NCBI GenBank assembly: GCA_042217555.1
Contig: JBDGSL010000002.1
Span: 32,001-96,000 of the forward strand
DNA length: 64,000 nucleotides
Origin: Candidatus Nanohalobium sp.
GTDB lineage: Archaea; Nanohalarchaeota; Nanosalinia; Nanosalinales; Nanosalinaceae
Reading direction: 5' to 3'
Shown here: positions 30,201-40,690 of the stretch, in pieces
Layout: every line of letters begins with the position of its first letter
How positions within the stretch are numbered: the stretch's first letter is position 1
Program-made: the position numbers and the translations under genes
Notes under the pieces: generated by a model
The model's input: only the letters and a program-made list of their open reading frames with translations
The model's database searches: none
What the model was told of the DNA's origin: nothing

Positions 30201-31406
30201 CTAATTCCAGTAACTTTTCTCCAGAAGCTTCTTCCGGTCCTCAAACTCTTCCTTGTTCTTTATCATCTTCTTGAGTTCTTCCTGGCCTTTCGTGTAGCCT
30301 ATCATCACCGCGCCGACAAGTCTGTCTCCGTCGAAGAACAGTCTGCGGTACTCTTCATCGCTGTACTTCTCTGAGACAGGTTCTCCGTTCCAGTTGCCTA
30401 TGGCCAGGAACTGGACGTCGAAGTGGCCTACACCGTAGGTATTCACGTAGTCAAAAACCTTTTTCTCATCCTGTTCTGCAGTCAGCATGTTTTTCGCTGC
30501 ACATTCTCCCATCGCCTCGCTGTTGTCCCAGGAGCCGTTGACGGTACGACGCTCGAAGACGGGTGAATAGTACTCTACCATGTTCCCGGCGGCGTACACA
30601 TCCTTTTCAGATGTCTGGAGATGCTCGTCGGTTTTTATCATGTCTTTATCGTTTTTTTCCACGTCAATAAACCTTGAGTTAGGAGTCTGGCCAATCGCGG
30701 CCGCTACAGCGTCACATTCTACCTCCTCTCCGGAGTCAAGTACGGCTGCAGAAACTTTTCCATCTTCTACCTGGAAATCAACTGCTTCAGACTCAGTCAT
30801 GACTTCGACACCTTTCTCCTCAAGCTTCCTGTGGATTATCTCCGCTCCTTCCCTGTCAAGGCCGCGTCTCCACCAGTTCTCTCCTCTGATCAGGTAGTAT
30901 GTCTCACAGTCATGCTCGGCGTACGCAACTGCCAAATCAATTCCCAGCAGACCCCCGCCGATAACAACAGCCCTCTCAGAGCTTTCTGCAGACTTCTGTA
31001 CTTCTTCGGCGTCCTCCATAGTCCACATGTAGTTAACGTTGCCGTAACCTTCATCGAACGGAAGTTCACGTGGAGAACCTCCTGTAGCCACCAGTAAACG
31101 GCTGTAAGAAAACGTTTCGCCCTCACCTGTCTCCATACTTTTTTCCTCTGTATCCACGTCCACGACCCGGGTCTCCAGGTACAGGTCAATATCCCTTTTA
31201 TCGTACCAGTCCCTGTCGTGAACACGGGTAAACTTCTTCGGCAGATTTCCCTTCATAAAGTTCTTCAACATGATACGGTTGTACAGAGGCTCTGACTCAT
31301 CCGTCAAAACAACAACCTCTGCATCCTCATCTTCCTCCCTGATCTCTTGAGCTGCCGTCGCCCCGGCCACACCATCACCGATAACCACAAATTTCTCCTC
31401 AGACAT
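30201..31406 (-). CDS. FAD/NAD(P)-dependent oxidoreductase (ferredoxin-reductase-like)
   Basis: IGDGVAG, LLVATGG, IGGGLLG, VYAAG. Confidence 0.9.
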   Translation of the reverse strand: MSEEKFVVIGDGVAGATAAQEIREEDEDAEVVVLTDESEPLYNRIMLKNFMKGNLPKKFTRVHDRDWYDKRDIDLYLETRVVDVDTEEKSMETGEGETFSYSRLLVATGGSPRELPFDEGYGNVNYMWTMEDAEEVQKSAESSERAVVIGGGLLGIDLAVAYAEHDCETYYLIRGENWWRRGLDREGAEIIHRKLEEKGVEVMTESEAVDFQVEDGKVSAAVLDSGEEVECDAVAAAIGQTPNSRFIDVEKNDKDMIKTDEHLQTSEKDVYAAGNMVEYYSPVFERRTVNGSWDNSEAMGECAAKNMLTAEQDEKKVFDYVNTYGVGHFDVQFLAIGNWNGEPVSEKYSDEEYRRLFFDGDRLVGAVMIGYTKGQEELKKMIKNKEEFEDRKKLLEKSYWN

Positions 31407-31539
31407 GTAAAACACAACAGAAACCCAGCTTTAAACAATCTACAGACATGTACAAAAAACCATCACTCGCCAACAAAAACCCCTCCCTTTTGGTTTAAAA
31501 AAATTCCTGGGCAACCCAGTTCATACCGGAGATACCAAA

Positions 31540-31647
31540 GCGGAGCTGGTGTAGTCTGGCCCATCATTTCACCCTGTCAACCACATTAACTTTCGGGTTT
31601 TGTGGGCGGCATCGGTGAAGACCCGGGTTCAAATCCCGGGCTCCGCG
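31540..31647 (+). tRNA. tRNA-Asp (GTC) with a 33-nt intron at 37/38 (31580-31612)
   Basis: GCGGAGC/GCTCCGC acceptor stem, TCACC-CTGTCA[intron]C-GGTGA anticodon arm, BHB-like pairing, GGTTCAAATCC. Confidence 0.93.
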
Positions 31648-31697
31648 CTCTTTCGTTGCTTTTGGATTCATAAATTCAACTCACTAAATCTTCTTTT

Positions 31698-32297
31698 ATG
31701 AACAGTTATATCGAAGAGTTCGAAGAAAAGGATAGGGAGAAGAACTCGGATCTGATTGTATCTATCTGTGGTCCTTCTGGTGCGGGAAAAGGAACTCTTG
31801 GAAGGTTTGTTGCTGATGAACTGGAGGTGTCTTTTTACTCTGCAGGTGATTTTTTCAGGCAGATTGCCGATGAGAAAGGCATGAGTGTTGAAGAGCTTTC
31901 TGAAGAGGCCGACAGGGAGACTGATGTGGAAGTGGATCGGAGGACGCTTGAGAAAGGCCTGAACCAAAACTGTGTGATCGAGTCACGTATATCTGCATGG
32001 GTTCTCGGCGACTACGCCGATCTAAGTATCTATGTCACTGCTGAACTCGAGGAAAGAGCCAGAAGAGTTTTAGATGACCTTGAGAACAGAGATACTGAGG
32101 AAGGAGGAGAAAACCTGGATGAAGTCAAGAAAAGAGTCCGTAAGCGAGACAGGGATAACCGTGAACGGTACAGAAAGTACTACGGGATAGACACAGGTAA
32201 CACAGAGATATTCGATCTTTTCATCGACAACACCGATCTAGGGATAGAGGAGCAGGAAAGACTGGTGAAGAAAGCTCTCAGGAGAACCGGTCTTTGA
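31698..32297 (+). CDS. cmk: Cytidylate kinase, archaeal type
   Basis: GPSGAGKGT, SAGDFFR, IESRIS, RYRKYYGID. Confidence 0.92.
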   Translation: MNSYIEEFEEKDREKNSDLIVSICGPSGAGKGTLGRFVADELEVSFYSAGDFFRQIADEKGMSVEELSEEADRETDVEVDRRTLEKGLNQNCVIESRISAWVLGDYADLSIYVTAELEERARRVLDDLENRDTEEGGENLDEVKKRVRKRDRDNRERYRKYYGIDTGNTEIFDLFIDNTDLGIEEQERLVKKALRRTGL

Positions 32298-32332
32298 TTA
32301 ATAATATAACCGGCGGACTGTAAAACTGTGAC

Positions 32333-32761
32333 ATGAAAGGCCAGTCATCTGTAGAGTTTACTATGATCATGGGCATGGCCCTGGTGCTGGCCTCTCCTTT
32401 TGTCCTGTCTGCTCAGACTTCCGTCGTAGATATGAAGGATGCCTCAGACTATCTCCAGTTGAAGAGATCTATGGATGAGTTAAAAATAGCTGCACAGGAA
32501 CTGAACCAGAGTATGTATCCTGCGAGAAGAAATCTAGATTTTACAACGCCTGAAGATGTTACAGGTGTCTACAGCAAGGATCTGCCTGATGGTTCGGCCC
32601 TGATATTTGAAACGTATTCCCAGGGCGCATACGAGAACCGTTCTATGGTCTTTCGGTTTGATCTTGAGGTGAACAGTTTTGGAAACATAACCCGGGTAGG
32701 TATACACAGGGTACGTCTCAGGACTGCTTCTAACGCTGTCAACATGTCGGTGGTATCGTGA
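32333..32761 (+). CDS. Class III signal peptide pilin-like protein
   Basis: MKG/QSSVEF followed by hydrophobic helix. Confidence 0.85.
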   Translation: MKGQSSVEFTMIMGMALVLASPFVLSAQTSVVDMKDASDYLQLKRSMDELKIAAQELNQSMYPARRNLDFTTPEDVTGVYSKDLPDGSALIFETYSQGAYENRSMVFRFDLEVNSFGNITRVGIHRVRLRTASNAVNMSVVS

Positions 32762-33141
32762 ACAAGGGACAGGTCAGTGTAGAGTTTGTTTCACTGCTTT
32801 CGATCGCACTCCTGGCTTCTTCAGTGCTTTTAGGCCTGCTTAACTACAGGGTTGCAGCGGCTGATGAACGCCACGGATACGTGAAGGCTGAGGAGATCGC
32901 TCAGAGAACAGCTTACCATGTAGAGTACCTCTCAGCCAATCCTGATTCAAAGGTAGATATCAGCTACTCTCCCAGGTTGGACCGTAACTACACAGTGAAA
33001 ATACAATCTAACCAGGTTACTGCAGCTTTTGAAGACGGTAACGCAAGCTACCCGGTCAACTACAACGGGCCTTCCGCTAACTTCACTACATCTCAGAAAA
33101 CGACATTAATATACAGTGATGGAGGTGTAAAAGTTGAGTAA
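32758..33141 (+). CDS. Class III signal peptide pilin-like protein
   Basis: KG/QVSVEF followed by hydrophobic helix. Confidence 0.85.
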   Translation: MNKGQVSVEFVSLLSIALLASSVLLGLLNYRVAAADERHGYVKAEEIAQRTAYHVEYLSANPDSKVDISYSPRLDRNYTVKIQSNQVTAAFEDGNASYPVNYNGPSANFTTSQKTTLIYSDGGVKVE

Positions 33142-33619
33142 GGGCCAGTTGTTTGCTGCTGATTTCTCTGCAAGCGTAATGATCTTTTCATTCTTCATAC
33201 TCTTCTTTGGACTGGCATGGAACAGCTCGTTGGATCTCTTTGCCTCTGAAAGAAATATTTTACATGATCAAGGAGAGTACACATTCAACATTCTGAAAAC
33301 CTCTGGCAGCCCGGAGAACTGGGATTCATCTGACGTCAAAGTACCGGGCCTCTACATAGAAGGCCGTCTTTCTGAAAGAAAAGTCCTGGAACTGAAGAAT
33401 CTCTCTGAGTCCGTGCAGAGAAGGCTGCTGAAAACCCAAGAGTTCATGCTGGAGGTCAACTACCTGAACGGATCTACAGTTATGGAGAATGGCGAAAACC
33501 TGACAGTTCAGACCTCTGCACTGCCTGTGAACCGATCCGTGTATGTACACCAGGCGACCGCCGTACTCAGGGAAGATAGAAAAAGGGCCGAACTCAACTA
33601 TTACACATGGCAGAACTGA
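33134..33619 (+). CDS. Minor pilin-like protein
   Basis: KG/QLFAADF; GSPENW motif. Confidence 0.8.
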   Translation: MSKGQLFAADFSASVMIFSFFILFFGLAWNSSLDLFASERNILHDQGEYTFNILKTSGSPENWDSSDVKVPGLYIEGRLSERKVLELKNLSESVQRRLLKTQEFMLEVNYLNGSTVMENGENLTVQTSALPVNRSVYVHQATAVLREDRKRAELNYYTWQN

Positions 33620-34053
33620 AAGGATTCTACTTCTCACTTGACGCCATACTTGCAACCTCAGTTCTGATGGGAGTGATAATGCTTCTAACAGGTTACACAT
33701 CCGGCGAACCCGCGGAGAAAAGGATACCTGACCTAGACCAGATACATAACTCGGCGGTTCAGAAAGTATCGAACTGGAACAGCAGCATAGACTCCTCAAA
33801 AACCGTCCTCGGACACATCTACTACCAGTACTACTCCGGAAATATTTCCAGAGCAGAACAGACATGCCTCAGCTACTTCCGGATAGAAAAACCTTACGCC
33901 CTCTACATGATAAACTCCACACACAGACAGAAGATATGTGGCAGCATCCAGAAAGACGCAGAACTGGCAACAGAAAGCGTAATAACACCAGACATACCTG
34001 TAAACCAAAACTTTCAAGGCCCTAAAAAAGCAGTCCTGGTGGTAGAAGATTAA
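33607..34053 (+). CDS. Minor pilin-like protein
   Basis: KG/FYFSLDAIL. Confidence 0.8.
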   Translation: MAELKGFYFSLDAILATSVLMGVIMLLTGYTSGEPAEKRIPDLDQIHNSAVQKVSNWNSSIDSSKTVLGHIYYQYYSGNISRAEQTCLSYFRIEKPYALYMINSTHRQKICGSIQKDAELATESVITPDIPVNQNFQGPKKAVLVVED

Positions 34054-34078
34054 AGGAACAGCATACACTCCGTTCGCC

Positions 34079-35164
34079 TTGCTTGCAGCCACAGTAATAC
34101 TTTCAATGGCTACAGCCACTCATGCATCGATACAGCCTGAAACACAGGACGTATACGCTCGGTACTCGCTGCAGGAATCCTGGCAACACACACAGGAAGA
34201 GTACACACTCCGATCGCTTCAGAAACTGGCAGATATATCCGCAGATAAACAGGTTGAAAGCCTTGAAACAGGGGTAGAAAACCTGACAGAAAACGGAAAC
34301 CTCAACGGAACACACCAACTTGACATAAACCACAGGAACTGGAGCAAACATGCCACAGAGCTATCCTCTGAAATCCAGGAAACCCGTCTTGAAGTCACAT
34401 CAGTAGAGGCCTACAACTTTACACTGAACACTTCCTCCAACTTGACTGTCGACACAGAAAAAGGAGGGTTCACAGCAAGGATAGAATCATCAACAGAGAT
34501 AAAACAAGTAAAAGATCCTCTGCTTGACGAAATCTCCTACCAGACTGAAATAGAAGCCTGCAACTTCAATAAACTGGCTGAAAGAGTCTCTACAGCTGAA
34601 TGGAACGGAACAGCAAGAGGAAAACCTGTAAAAAAAGCTCCAGGAAATATAGATTCGCCTTACGGAGAGAAAATACTTGTAACAACTGATATAACACAGT
34701 ACGACAACGATACTACCCGGCAGCTGGCAGGATACGTGTCCGAAACAGATCCGACACGGCCAGGAAAGTACAACGACAACTATGTTGTCGGCGTATCCTC
34801 CACGCCAGACTTTGAAAACAGACAGAACGCACTGATAAACGACGGTCTGTGGAAAACAAACTTTGAAAGAGTTATAGAGGCCCGGTGCTACCTTTCAACT
34901 TCACTGGATGCTGCGCCCTCCGTAAAAAACAGGATAGAAGACAGGTCGCGGGGAGAAAACAGTCAGGGAATTTTCACAGTTTTGAACGCCTCAGAAGTTG
35001 GAGAAACCACGGACTCTGACATCGGATATGAGAGAGTGAACTCCACAGGACTCAACCTTGAACAGATAGAAGGCATTTCCACAGGAGAAGGACTCACATG
35101 GCCATACTTCCGGATGAGTCAAAAACTTGCAGAACAACACGGACTGGGAGATCTTATAGATTAA
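34079..35164 (+). CDS. Pilus-associated secreted protein (true start probably near 34049)
   Basis: Last gene of the pilin cluster; an in-frame KGTAYTPFALL segment precedes the listed start. Confidence 0.7.
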   Translation: MLAATVILSMATATHASIQPETQDVYARYSLQESWQHTQEEYTLRSLQKLADISADKQVESLETGVENLTENGNLNGTHQLDINHRNWSKHATELSSEIQETRLEVTSVEAYNFTLNTSSNLTVDTEKGGFTARIESSTEIKQVKDPLLDEISYQTEIEACNFNKLAERVSTAEWNGTARGKPVKKAPGNIDSPYGEKILVTTDITQYDNDTTRQLAGYVSETDPTRPGKYNDNYVVGVSSTPDFENRQNALINDGLWKTNFERVIEARCYLSTSLDAAPSVKNRIEDRSRGENSQGIFTVLNASEVGETTDSDIGYERVNSTGLNLEQIEGISTGEGLTWPYFRMSQKLAEQHGLGDLID

Positions 35165-35215
35165 TTAGAAAAAAAGATGAGGAAAAAGAGGTTAAATGCG
35201 GTTTTTCTACGGAAC

Positions 35216-35695
35216 CTAGTTCATAGGTGTCTGGATCTTCATTTCTCCGCTGATCGTTCCTGTTTCCTGCAGGCCTGTCAACTGTCCTTCGTTGTAAGTG
35301 ACAGTGAGATCAAGTTCTTTTCTGTCGCCTGACGTTATGTTAGGTAATATAACAGTTCCTGTGTCTGTGCTTGGAATGGATGGAAGTCCACTTGTGTCGT
35401 TCCAGAGCATGTCTCCGGTGTTGGTGTTCTCAACTGAGACGTTTACTATATCTACTGTCTCGGTAGTTGATGCTCTGATCTCCATCTGCAGACCGTTGTC
35501 GGATACTCCGAAGTTTTCTATCCTTAAATCGGAACTCCCACTGAATCCGGAAATCGCTGAGGGACTTGATGACTGGCTCTGGATTGTTGTGAAGATTGCT
35601 CCTCCTACGATAGCGATTACTAGAAGCATCCATCCGTATGTGGTTAGGTATTCGATTGCGGACTGACCTTTCCTGTGACTCGAAATTTTTGCCAT
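35216..35695 (-). CDS. Type IV pilin
   Basis: RKG/QSAIEYLTTYGWMLLVIAIVGG. Confidence 0.88.
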   Translation of the reverse strand: MAKISSHRKGQSAIEYLTTYGWMLLVIAIVGGAIFTTIQSQSSSPSAISGFSGSSDLRIENFGVSDNGLQMEIRASTTETVDIVNVSVENTNTGDMLWNDTSGLPSIPSTDTGTVILPNITSGDRKELDLTVTYNEGQLTGLQETGTISGEMKIQTPMN

Positions 35696-35729
35696 AGTTA
35701 AGTATTCTCCTCCCTGTTTAAAAGTTTTT

Positions 35730-36698
35730 TTAGAGGAGTCCTGCGAGCAAAGTTTTTATCCCCAGGAACAGTGATACTGCTATAGACACGGTAAACGGTA
35801 TGTACTTAGTTCCTTCCTTTATGTTGCCGTTCTTTATCTGTGAAATTATCAGGGAGGAGAAGAAGTTTGAGATGATGAGTGCGGCTATTGAGAACTGGAC
35901 GAGGAAGTCGGTGTTGACATCAGGTTTCTGGAAGGAAAGCCCTGTGGATCCTCCGGTTGCGAACTCTCCTCCCTGCTGGAGGTTGGTTTGCTCCCACATC
36001 TGTGTTGTGGTCTCTGCCATGTAGGTCGTGATGCCGAAGAGGGCCGGTGCGCCGAAGACTGCGGCCATCAGGATGAAGATGATGTACATCCTTATACTGG
36101 ATTTTATCTCGTCTCTCAGCTCCAGTGAACTTCTTATATCGTCTGCACTTGACTCCAGGAGTTCTGCAGTGTTTCCGCCTGCCTCTATGGCATTTGACAG
36201 CACCTTCAACGTGTCTTTGAAAAGTCCGGAGTTGACACGGCCTCTCAGGTTGTCCAGTGCGTCGTCCACGGGTCTGCCGCCGGATATCTCTATTGCAGTG
36301 GTCCTGAGTTCGTCTTCCAAAGGGCCGAACTCTTCTCTTGCAGAGGCGAGGAAAGCACGGTTGATGCTGGCCCCGGATTTGATGTTCGTACTTATCAGCA
36401 GGAGTGCGTCAGGCAGCATTCTCTCCATTTCCTTTCTTCTTCTCTCCGCAGCCACTGATATAACCATGTAAGGCGTTACGAAGTACGCGGCAGCACCTAT
36501 AAACGAGAAGAAGGCTGTGCGGACTGCAACAGAATAGGGCAGTATGTAAGCAATGATACCGGTCAAGACTACCCCCATCAGTCCAAGGCTTATCGTGGCT
36601 TTCTCGTAGTTGTCTATCTTTGCGTAAAGACTTTCACTCTCTATCCTGTCGGTGAATACATCAGGGTGAAGCTCGAACAGGAACTCTGTCTTGCTCAT
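35730..36698 (-). CDS. Type II secretion system F domain protein (TadC-like)
   Basis: LPDALLLISTNIKSG, FGPL, TM segments. Confidence 0.9.
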   Translation of the reverse strand: MSKTEFLFELHPDVFTDRIESESLYAKIDNYEKATISLGLMGVVLTGIIAYILPYSVAVRTAFFSFIGAAAYFVTPYMVISVAAERRRKEMERMLPDALLLISTNIKSGASINRAFLASAREEFGPLEDELRTTAIEISGGRPVDDALDNLRGRVNSGLFKDTLKVLSNAIEAGGNTAELLESSADDIRSSLELRDEIKSSIRMYIIFILMAAVFGAPALFGITTYMAETTTQMWEQTNLQQGGEFATGGSTGLSFQKPDVNTDFLVQFSIAALIISNFFSSLIISQIKNGNIKEGTKYIPFTVSIAVSLFLGIKTLLAGLL

Positions 36699-37531
36699 GC
36701 CTTCACCTCCGGCCTCTTGGACTTGACAAGGTTAAGGAAGAAGACCTGTGCGACTATCAACATGAAAAGGATAGCCAGATACATCTGCTGGTTGACAGCA
36801 GTCCCTGTAAAACTGGAGATAACTATCAAACCTGTTATGCCCAGGCTAGGCCCTATCACAGCGATTAAAAGGTAGACAAGTATGTAAGGATTAAGCTCTT
36901 TCCCGTACTTCTCTATAGCAAGCTTCTGCTCTGTAATTATAGAGTCAACTATCGATTCAAGTGTTACAGAGATATCTGTACCTGATTTTATGGAGTTAGC
37001 CAGTTGCCACATAGCTCTTCTGTACTGTTCGCTGGGGTTACGGACTATTGACTCTTCCAGTGCAGTTGCAAGAGATTTACCTCCTTCCACGTCCTTTACT
37101 ATGATCTTGAGTTCTTCAGAAGCTTCTCCGTAACCTTCTGTAGCTGTCTTCATCGCCTGATGCAGTGAGATACCGGACTTTATCTGTATAAGTATATCTC
37201 TGAGTGCGTACGGCAGGTCTTTTTCCAGCTTCCTGGTTCTCTTCTTCGTCCTTATACGTGGCAGATTGGCCATGGTAAGAAATGTCATCCCGGTGAGGAG
37301 AGGAAGTGCAGCGATACCTAGCTTTGTGGTAGCAGGTTGCTCAAGTATCACGCCCATAGAAATAAGAGATATTCCGGCAGGAAAACCTGCTTTCAAGGCC
37401 TTGAATATACACTCCGCAAGGTACTCCTCCGGCTCCTTATCCATTCTTGCATTATCCAGCTGCCGGTTCATCTTTGGAAACAACTTGGACGCTCTCTGCC
37501 CAAGCGAAAGAAAAACATCTTCTCTAATCAT
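36695..37531 (-). CDS. Type II secretion system F domain protein (TadB-like)
   Basis: LPYALRDI...SG, YGEASEE, RNPS. Confidence 0.9.
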   Translation of the reverse strand: MIREDVFLSLGQRASKLFPKMNRQLDNARMDKEPEEYLAECIFKALKAGFPAGISLISMGVILEQPATTKLGIAALPLLTGMTFLTMANLPRIRTKKRTRKLEKDLPYALRDILIQIKSGISLHQAMKTATEGYGEASEELKIIVKDVEGGKSLATALEESIVRNPSEQYRRAMWQLANSIKSGTDISVTLESIVDSIITEQKLAIEKYGKELNPYILVYLLIAVIGPSLGITGLIVISSFTGTAVNQQMYLAILFMLIVAQVFFLNLVKSKRPEVKA

Positions 37532-39032
37532 GTCTACCCGTTACTTCCTCAACACTGGCCTCGTCACGGATTTTACCAAGAACTTCCTCTTTACCTGAGT
37601 AGTACTCCGCGACAACCCTTCCAACATCCTCAAGCTCATCGACCTCGTTATCAACCATCCAGTGAAGGATCTCCCGCTTCTCCTCAATGTTATCCCGGAT
37701 CTCCTCATCCGTCAGACCGGTAAGAGTCTTCAACTTATCCAAGACCTCCCTGGAGTTACCGTCCTTGTAGAAACTGTCCTCCTGAGAGTTCCAGTCATAG
37801 ATAGTATGAGGAGATATATCATCTCCGTCATCAATGACCTCGGCAATCTCCATAACACGCCTGAAGTTCCTCCTCCTGTCACGGAACATAACAACGTTCA
37901 GATCCACCGCCCCAACAACCGTCTCCGAAACATCAATAGGAGGATTAGTCATACGCTTCAAAGTCGTCTCAGCAGTATCAGCATGCAACGTAGAGTAAAC
38001 CGAGTGCCCTGTCTGCATAGCCTCGAAAAGCACCTCGGCCTGACGCTTCCTACGGATCTCACCCACCAGAATCCTGTCAGGACGCATACGCAGAGAGTTA
38101 ACCAAGAGATCCTGCATAGAAACCTCTCCCTGACCATCAGGATTCGCCTCACGTGTAGTCATAGGCACCCAGTGAAGAAACTCCGGTAGAGACACCTCAC
38201 GCGTATCCTCAATCGAAATAATCCTCTGATTAGGAGGCATAAACGGAGTAAGCACATTTAAAAGAGAGGTCTTGCCTGTACCTGTCCCTCCACTTATAAT
38301 CACGTTCATCTCGTACTGTATGCAGAGCCAGAGAAAAGCAGCCATTTCAGGGCTGATAGTACCTATCTCAATGAAATCTGTAATAGTCCAGGGATCTCTG
38401 GCGAACTTTCTGATTGTTATAGTATTTCCCTGTGTTGATATAGGGCTTAAAGTTGCGTTAGTACGGTCTCCGCTTGGGAGGTGTGCGTCAAGCAACGGGT
38501 GAAGTGAGGAAATATTCTTTCCGACACCACGGCCTATCTCGGAGGCGTAGTTGTATACTTCATCCTCGTCGTCGAACGTGATATCGGTCTTCAGCCAGCC
38601 GTGTTCCTTGTGGTAGGCCCAGGCAGGTTCATCTGAACTGTTGATAACTATCTCCTCAAGGCCGTTATCGTTCAACAGTATCTCCACATCTCCCAGTCCC
38701 AGCATCTCGTGGATAAGGTTTCCTATCAACGTGTTCAGTTTTTCCTCTTCAACACTTGGAAGCTGGTTCTCAAGTATTTCTTTCGCAGTCTCACGGAATA
38801 TCCTCCGGGACTCCTCCATCTCGTTACTGTCCTCAAAGTTTTCAGTGGTGATATCTGCCTCTGCGATCGTCCTATCCCTGATCTCGTCCAGTATAGCCTC
38901 TGTTGCAGCACTCGGCTGAGGCCTCTTCACCCTGTAACGCTTGACGTAATCATCTTCATCCCTGATCTCGATCTCGGCAGGTACCTTATCTGCGTGAACC
39001 ACGTAATCCTCTATAACCTCTTCCTCACTCAT
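37524..39032 (-). CDS. Type II/IV secretion ATPase (CpaF/TadA/FlaI-like)
   Basis: GGTGTGKTS, IEDTRE, LRMRPDRILVGEIR, TGHS. Confidence 0.95.
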   Translation of the reverse strand: MSEEEVIEDYVVHADKVPAEIEIRDEDDYVKRYRVKRPQPSAATEAILDEIRDRTIAEADITTENFEDSNEMEESRRIFRETAKEILENQLPSVEEEKLNTLIGNLIHEMLGLGDVEILLNDNGLEEIVINSSDEPAWAYHKEHGWLKTDITFDDEDEVYNYASEIGRGVGKNISSLHPLLDAHLPSGDRTNATLSPISTQGNTITIRKFARDPWTITDFIEIGTISPEMAAFLWLCIQYEMNVIISGGTGTGKTSLLNVLTPFMPPNQRIISIEDTREVSLPEFLHWVPMTTREANPDGQGEVSMQDLLVNSLRMRPDRILVGEIRRKRQAEVLFEAMQTGHSVYSTLHADTAETTLKRMTNPPIDVSETVVGAVDLNVVMFRDRRRNFRRVMEIAEVIDDGDDISPHTIYDWNSQEDSFYKDGNSREVLDKLKTLTGLTDEEIRDNIEEKREILHWMVDNEVDELEDVGRVVAEYYSGKEEVLGKIRDEASVEEVTGRHD

Positions 39033-40639
39033 ACAGCATCCACACCTCTAAAATGAGAAATCCAGTCTCTGATTTTACCTATGAAACCACTGGAAGGTTC
39101 CTCAGCGTTCTCCAGATCATTCTCAAGCTTGTCAATAGTACTGGCGATCTCCATCCTCTCCATCTCACCTACCTCAGTGTTCTTCAACTCTTTCTTCAAC
39201 TTCATCATCCTTTCATTCAACTCGCTGTACACCTCATCGTTACGGACCTCTTCATCCCTCAACTTCTCACCGAAAGAACTTAACTCGCTCACAGTACTCT
39301 CAAAATTACTGCCGCCGCGTGCCACGCCTACCGACTCACCTGTACCACTGGTTTCTACACTATCTGACTCGGCCCGGGTTTCAAACTTCTCTCCGGTTTC
39401 AGTGTCGGTATCAACTTTTTCACCGGAGCCCTGAGACCCACTGCTCTTCACAGCAGAATCACCCGCTGTTTCACTCCCTTTCTCCGGCTTCACCTTCTTC
39501 CTTCTTTCATCTTCGGAAGCGTCAAACCTGGCTCCCTCACCGCTATTCCCGGACTCCGGGACATCATCTTCAACCTGAGAACCTTCTTCCATCTTTTCAG
39601 CAGGCTCGCTGCGTTTCACAGTCTTCTTCTTGGCAGGCTTCACCTTCTTGACCTTCTTACCGGTCTTCTTTATCTTCGCCTTATCAGCCTTCAACTTGCT
39701 CTTCTTTTCCCCTTCCTCTTCTTTCTCTTTCTGCTTGCGCTCCAGCTCCTGTTTAAGCTTCTTCTTACCTTCCTCCTTCGACAAATCGGAAGGATCCTTC
39801 TCATCAAGGCTTTTACCGCCTTCATCCTCTTCACTGCTGTTTTCACGCTCCTCTTCTTCACTTTCTTCTTCCTTCCTTTCCTCGGCTTTTTGCTTTACTT
39901 TATCCTCTTCTTCGTCTTCTTTCTCTTCCGGCTTACTGTCTTCCGCCTCTTCCCCGGTTTCTGAGTCTTCTTCAGACTTGTCCTCCTCCCCCGGTTCTTC
40001 TGCTGTCTCTTTTTCCTCTCCGGCCTCTTCACCACTTTCCCCGTTATCTTTCTCTGAAGGCCTCTCACTCTCTTCACTGTCATCCTCCTTTCTCTGTATA
40101 TGTTCCTCACTGCTTTCTTCCCCGCCTTCCACCTGCGAGATATCAGTATCACTCCGGCCCTTACTCCTGCCAGGCCGTCGGATACCCGTACCACCTATCT
40201 CCTCACGTATATCAGTCCTGTCAACATCAGCACTCGGCTCACGGTGAATAGTCGTCGGCACCTCCTCAACCGTCTCCACCTCCTCAACCTCCTCAGTCTC
40301 ATCCGCCTCAATCTCAATCACATCAGCATCAAGAGGAAGCTCGGAACGGCCAACATTCAACTCCTCATAAGGCTGATCCGCATCATACTCAAGCACCATA
40401 CCCTTCACAGCAGAATAAGTAATCTCAATATAACCACTCTCCTCCAAAGCCTTCGCCCACGTCTTAACAGTATCCTCAGGCACACCAAGATCATCCGCAA
40501 TATCACTCACAGGAAACTTCGTCTTCTCCTCCAGAAAACTCAACAAAGTATCAGCACCCGTCTCAATATCCGGAGAATCACCCTCAGAACCACCATCCTC
40601 TTCCAGGCCCTCACCCTGCTGCACCTCTTCCTCAGTCAT
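39029..40639 (-). CDS. Acidic low-complexity protein with N-terminal wHTH
   Basis: IETGADTLL...IADDLGVPEDTVKTWAKALEESG; long E/K/S-rich linker; ATGA overlap with the ATPase. Confidence 0.75.
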   Translation of the reverse strand: MTEEEVQQGEGLEEDGGSEGDSPDIETGADTLLSFLEEKTKFPVSDIADDLGVPEDTVKTWAKALEESGYIEITYSAVKGMVLEYDADQPYEELNVGRSELPLDADVIEIEADETEEVEEVETVEEVPTTIHREPSADVDRTDIREEIGGTGIRRPGRSKGRSDTDISQVEGGEESSEEHIQRKEDDSEESERPSEKDNGESGEEAGEEKETAEEPGEEDKSEEDSETGEEAEDSKPEEKEDEEEDKVKQKAEERKEEESEEEERENSSEEDEGGKSLDEKDPSDLSKEEGKKKLKQELERKQKEKEEEGEKKSKLKADKAKIKKTGKKVKKVKPAKKKTVKRSEPAEKMEEGSQVEDDVPESGNSGEGARFDASEDERRKKVKPEKGSETAGDSAVKSSGSQGSGEKVDTDTETGEKFETRAESDSVETSGTGESVGVARGGSNFESTVSELSSFGEKLRDEEVRNDEVYSELNERMMKLKKELKNTEVGEMERMEIASTIDKLENDLENAEEPSSGFIGKIRDWISHFRGVDAV

Positions 40640-40690
40640 TGCACCTGCAGAAAACTTCCCATCCCAGCAACTTAAACCCTTCCCACAGTT

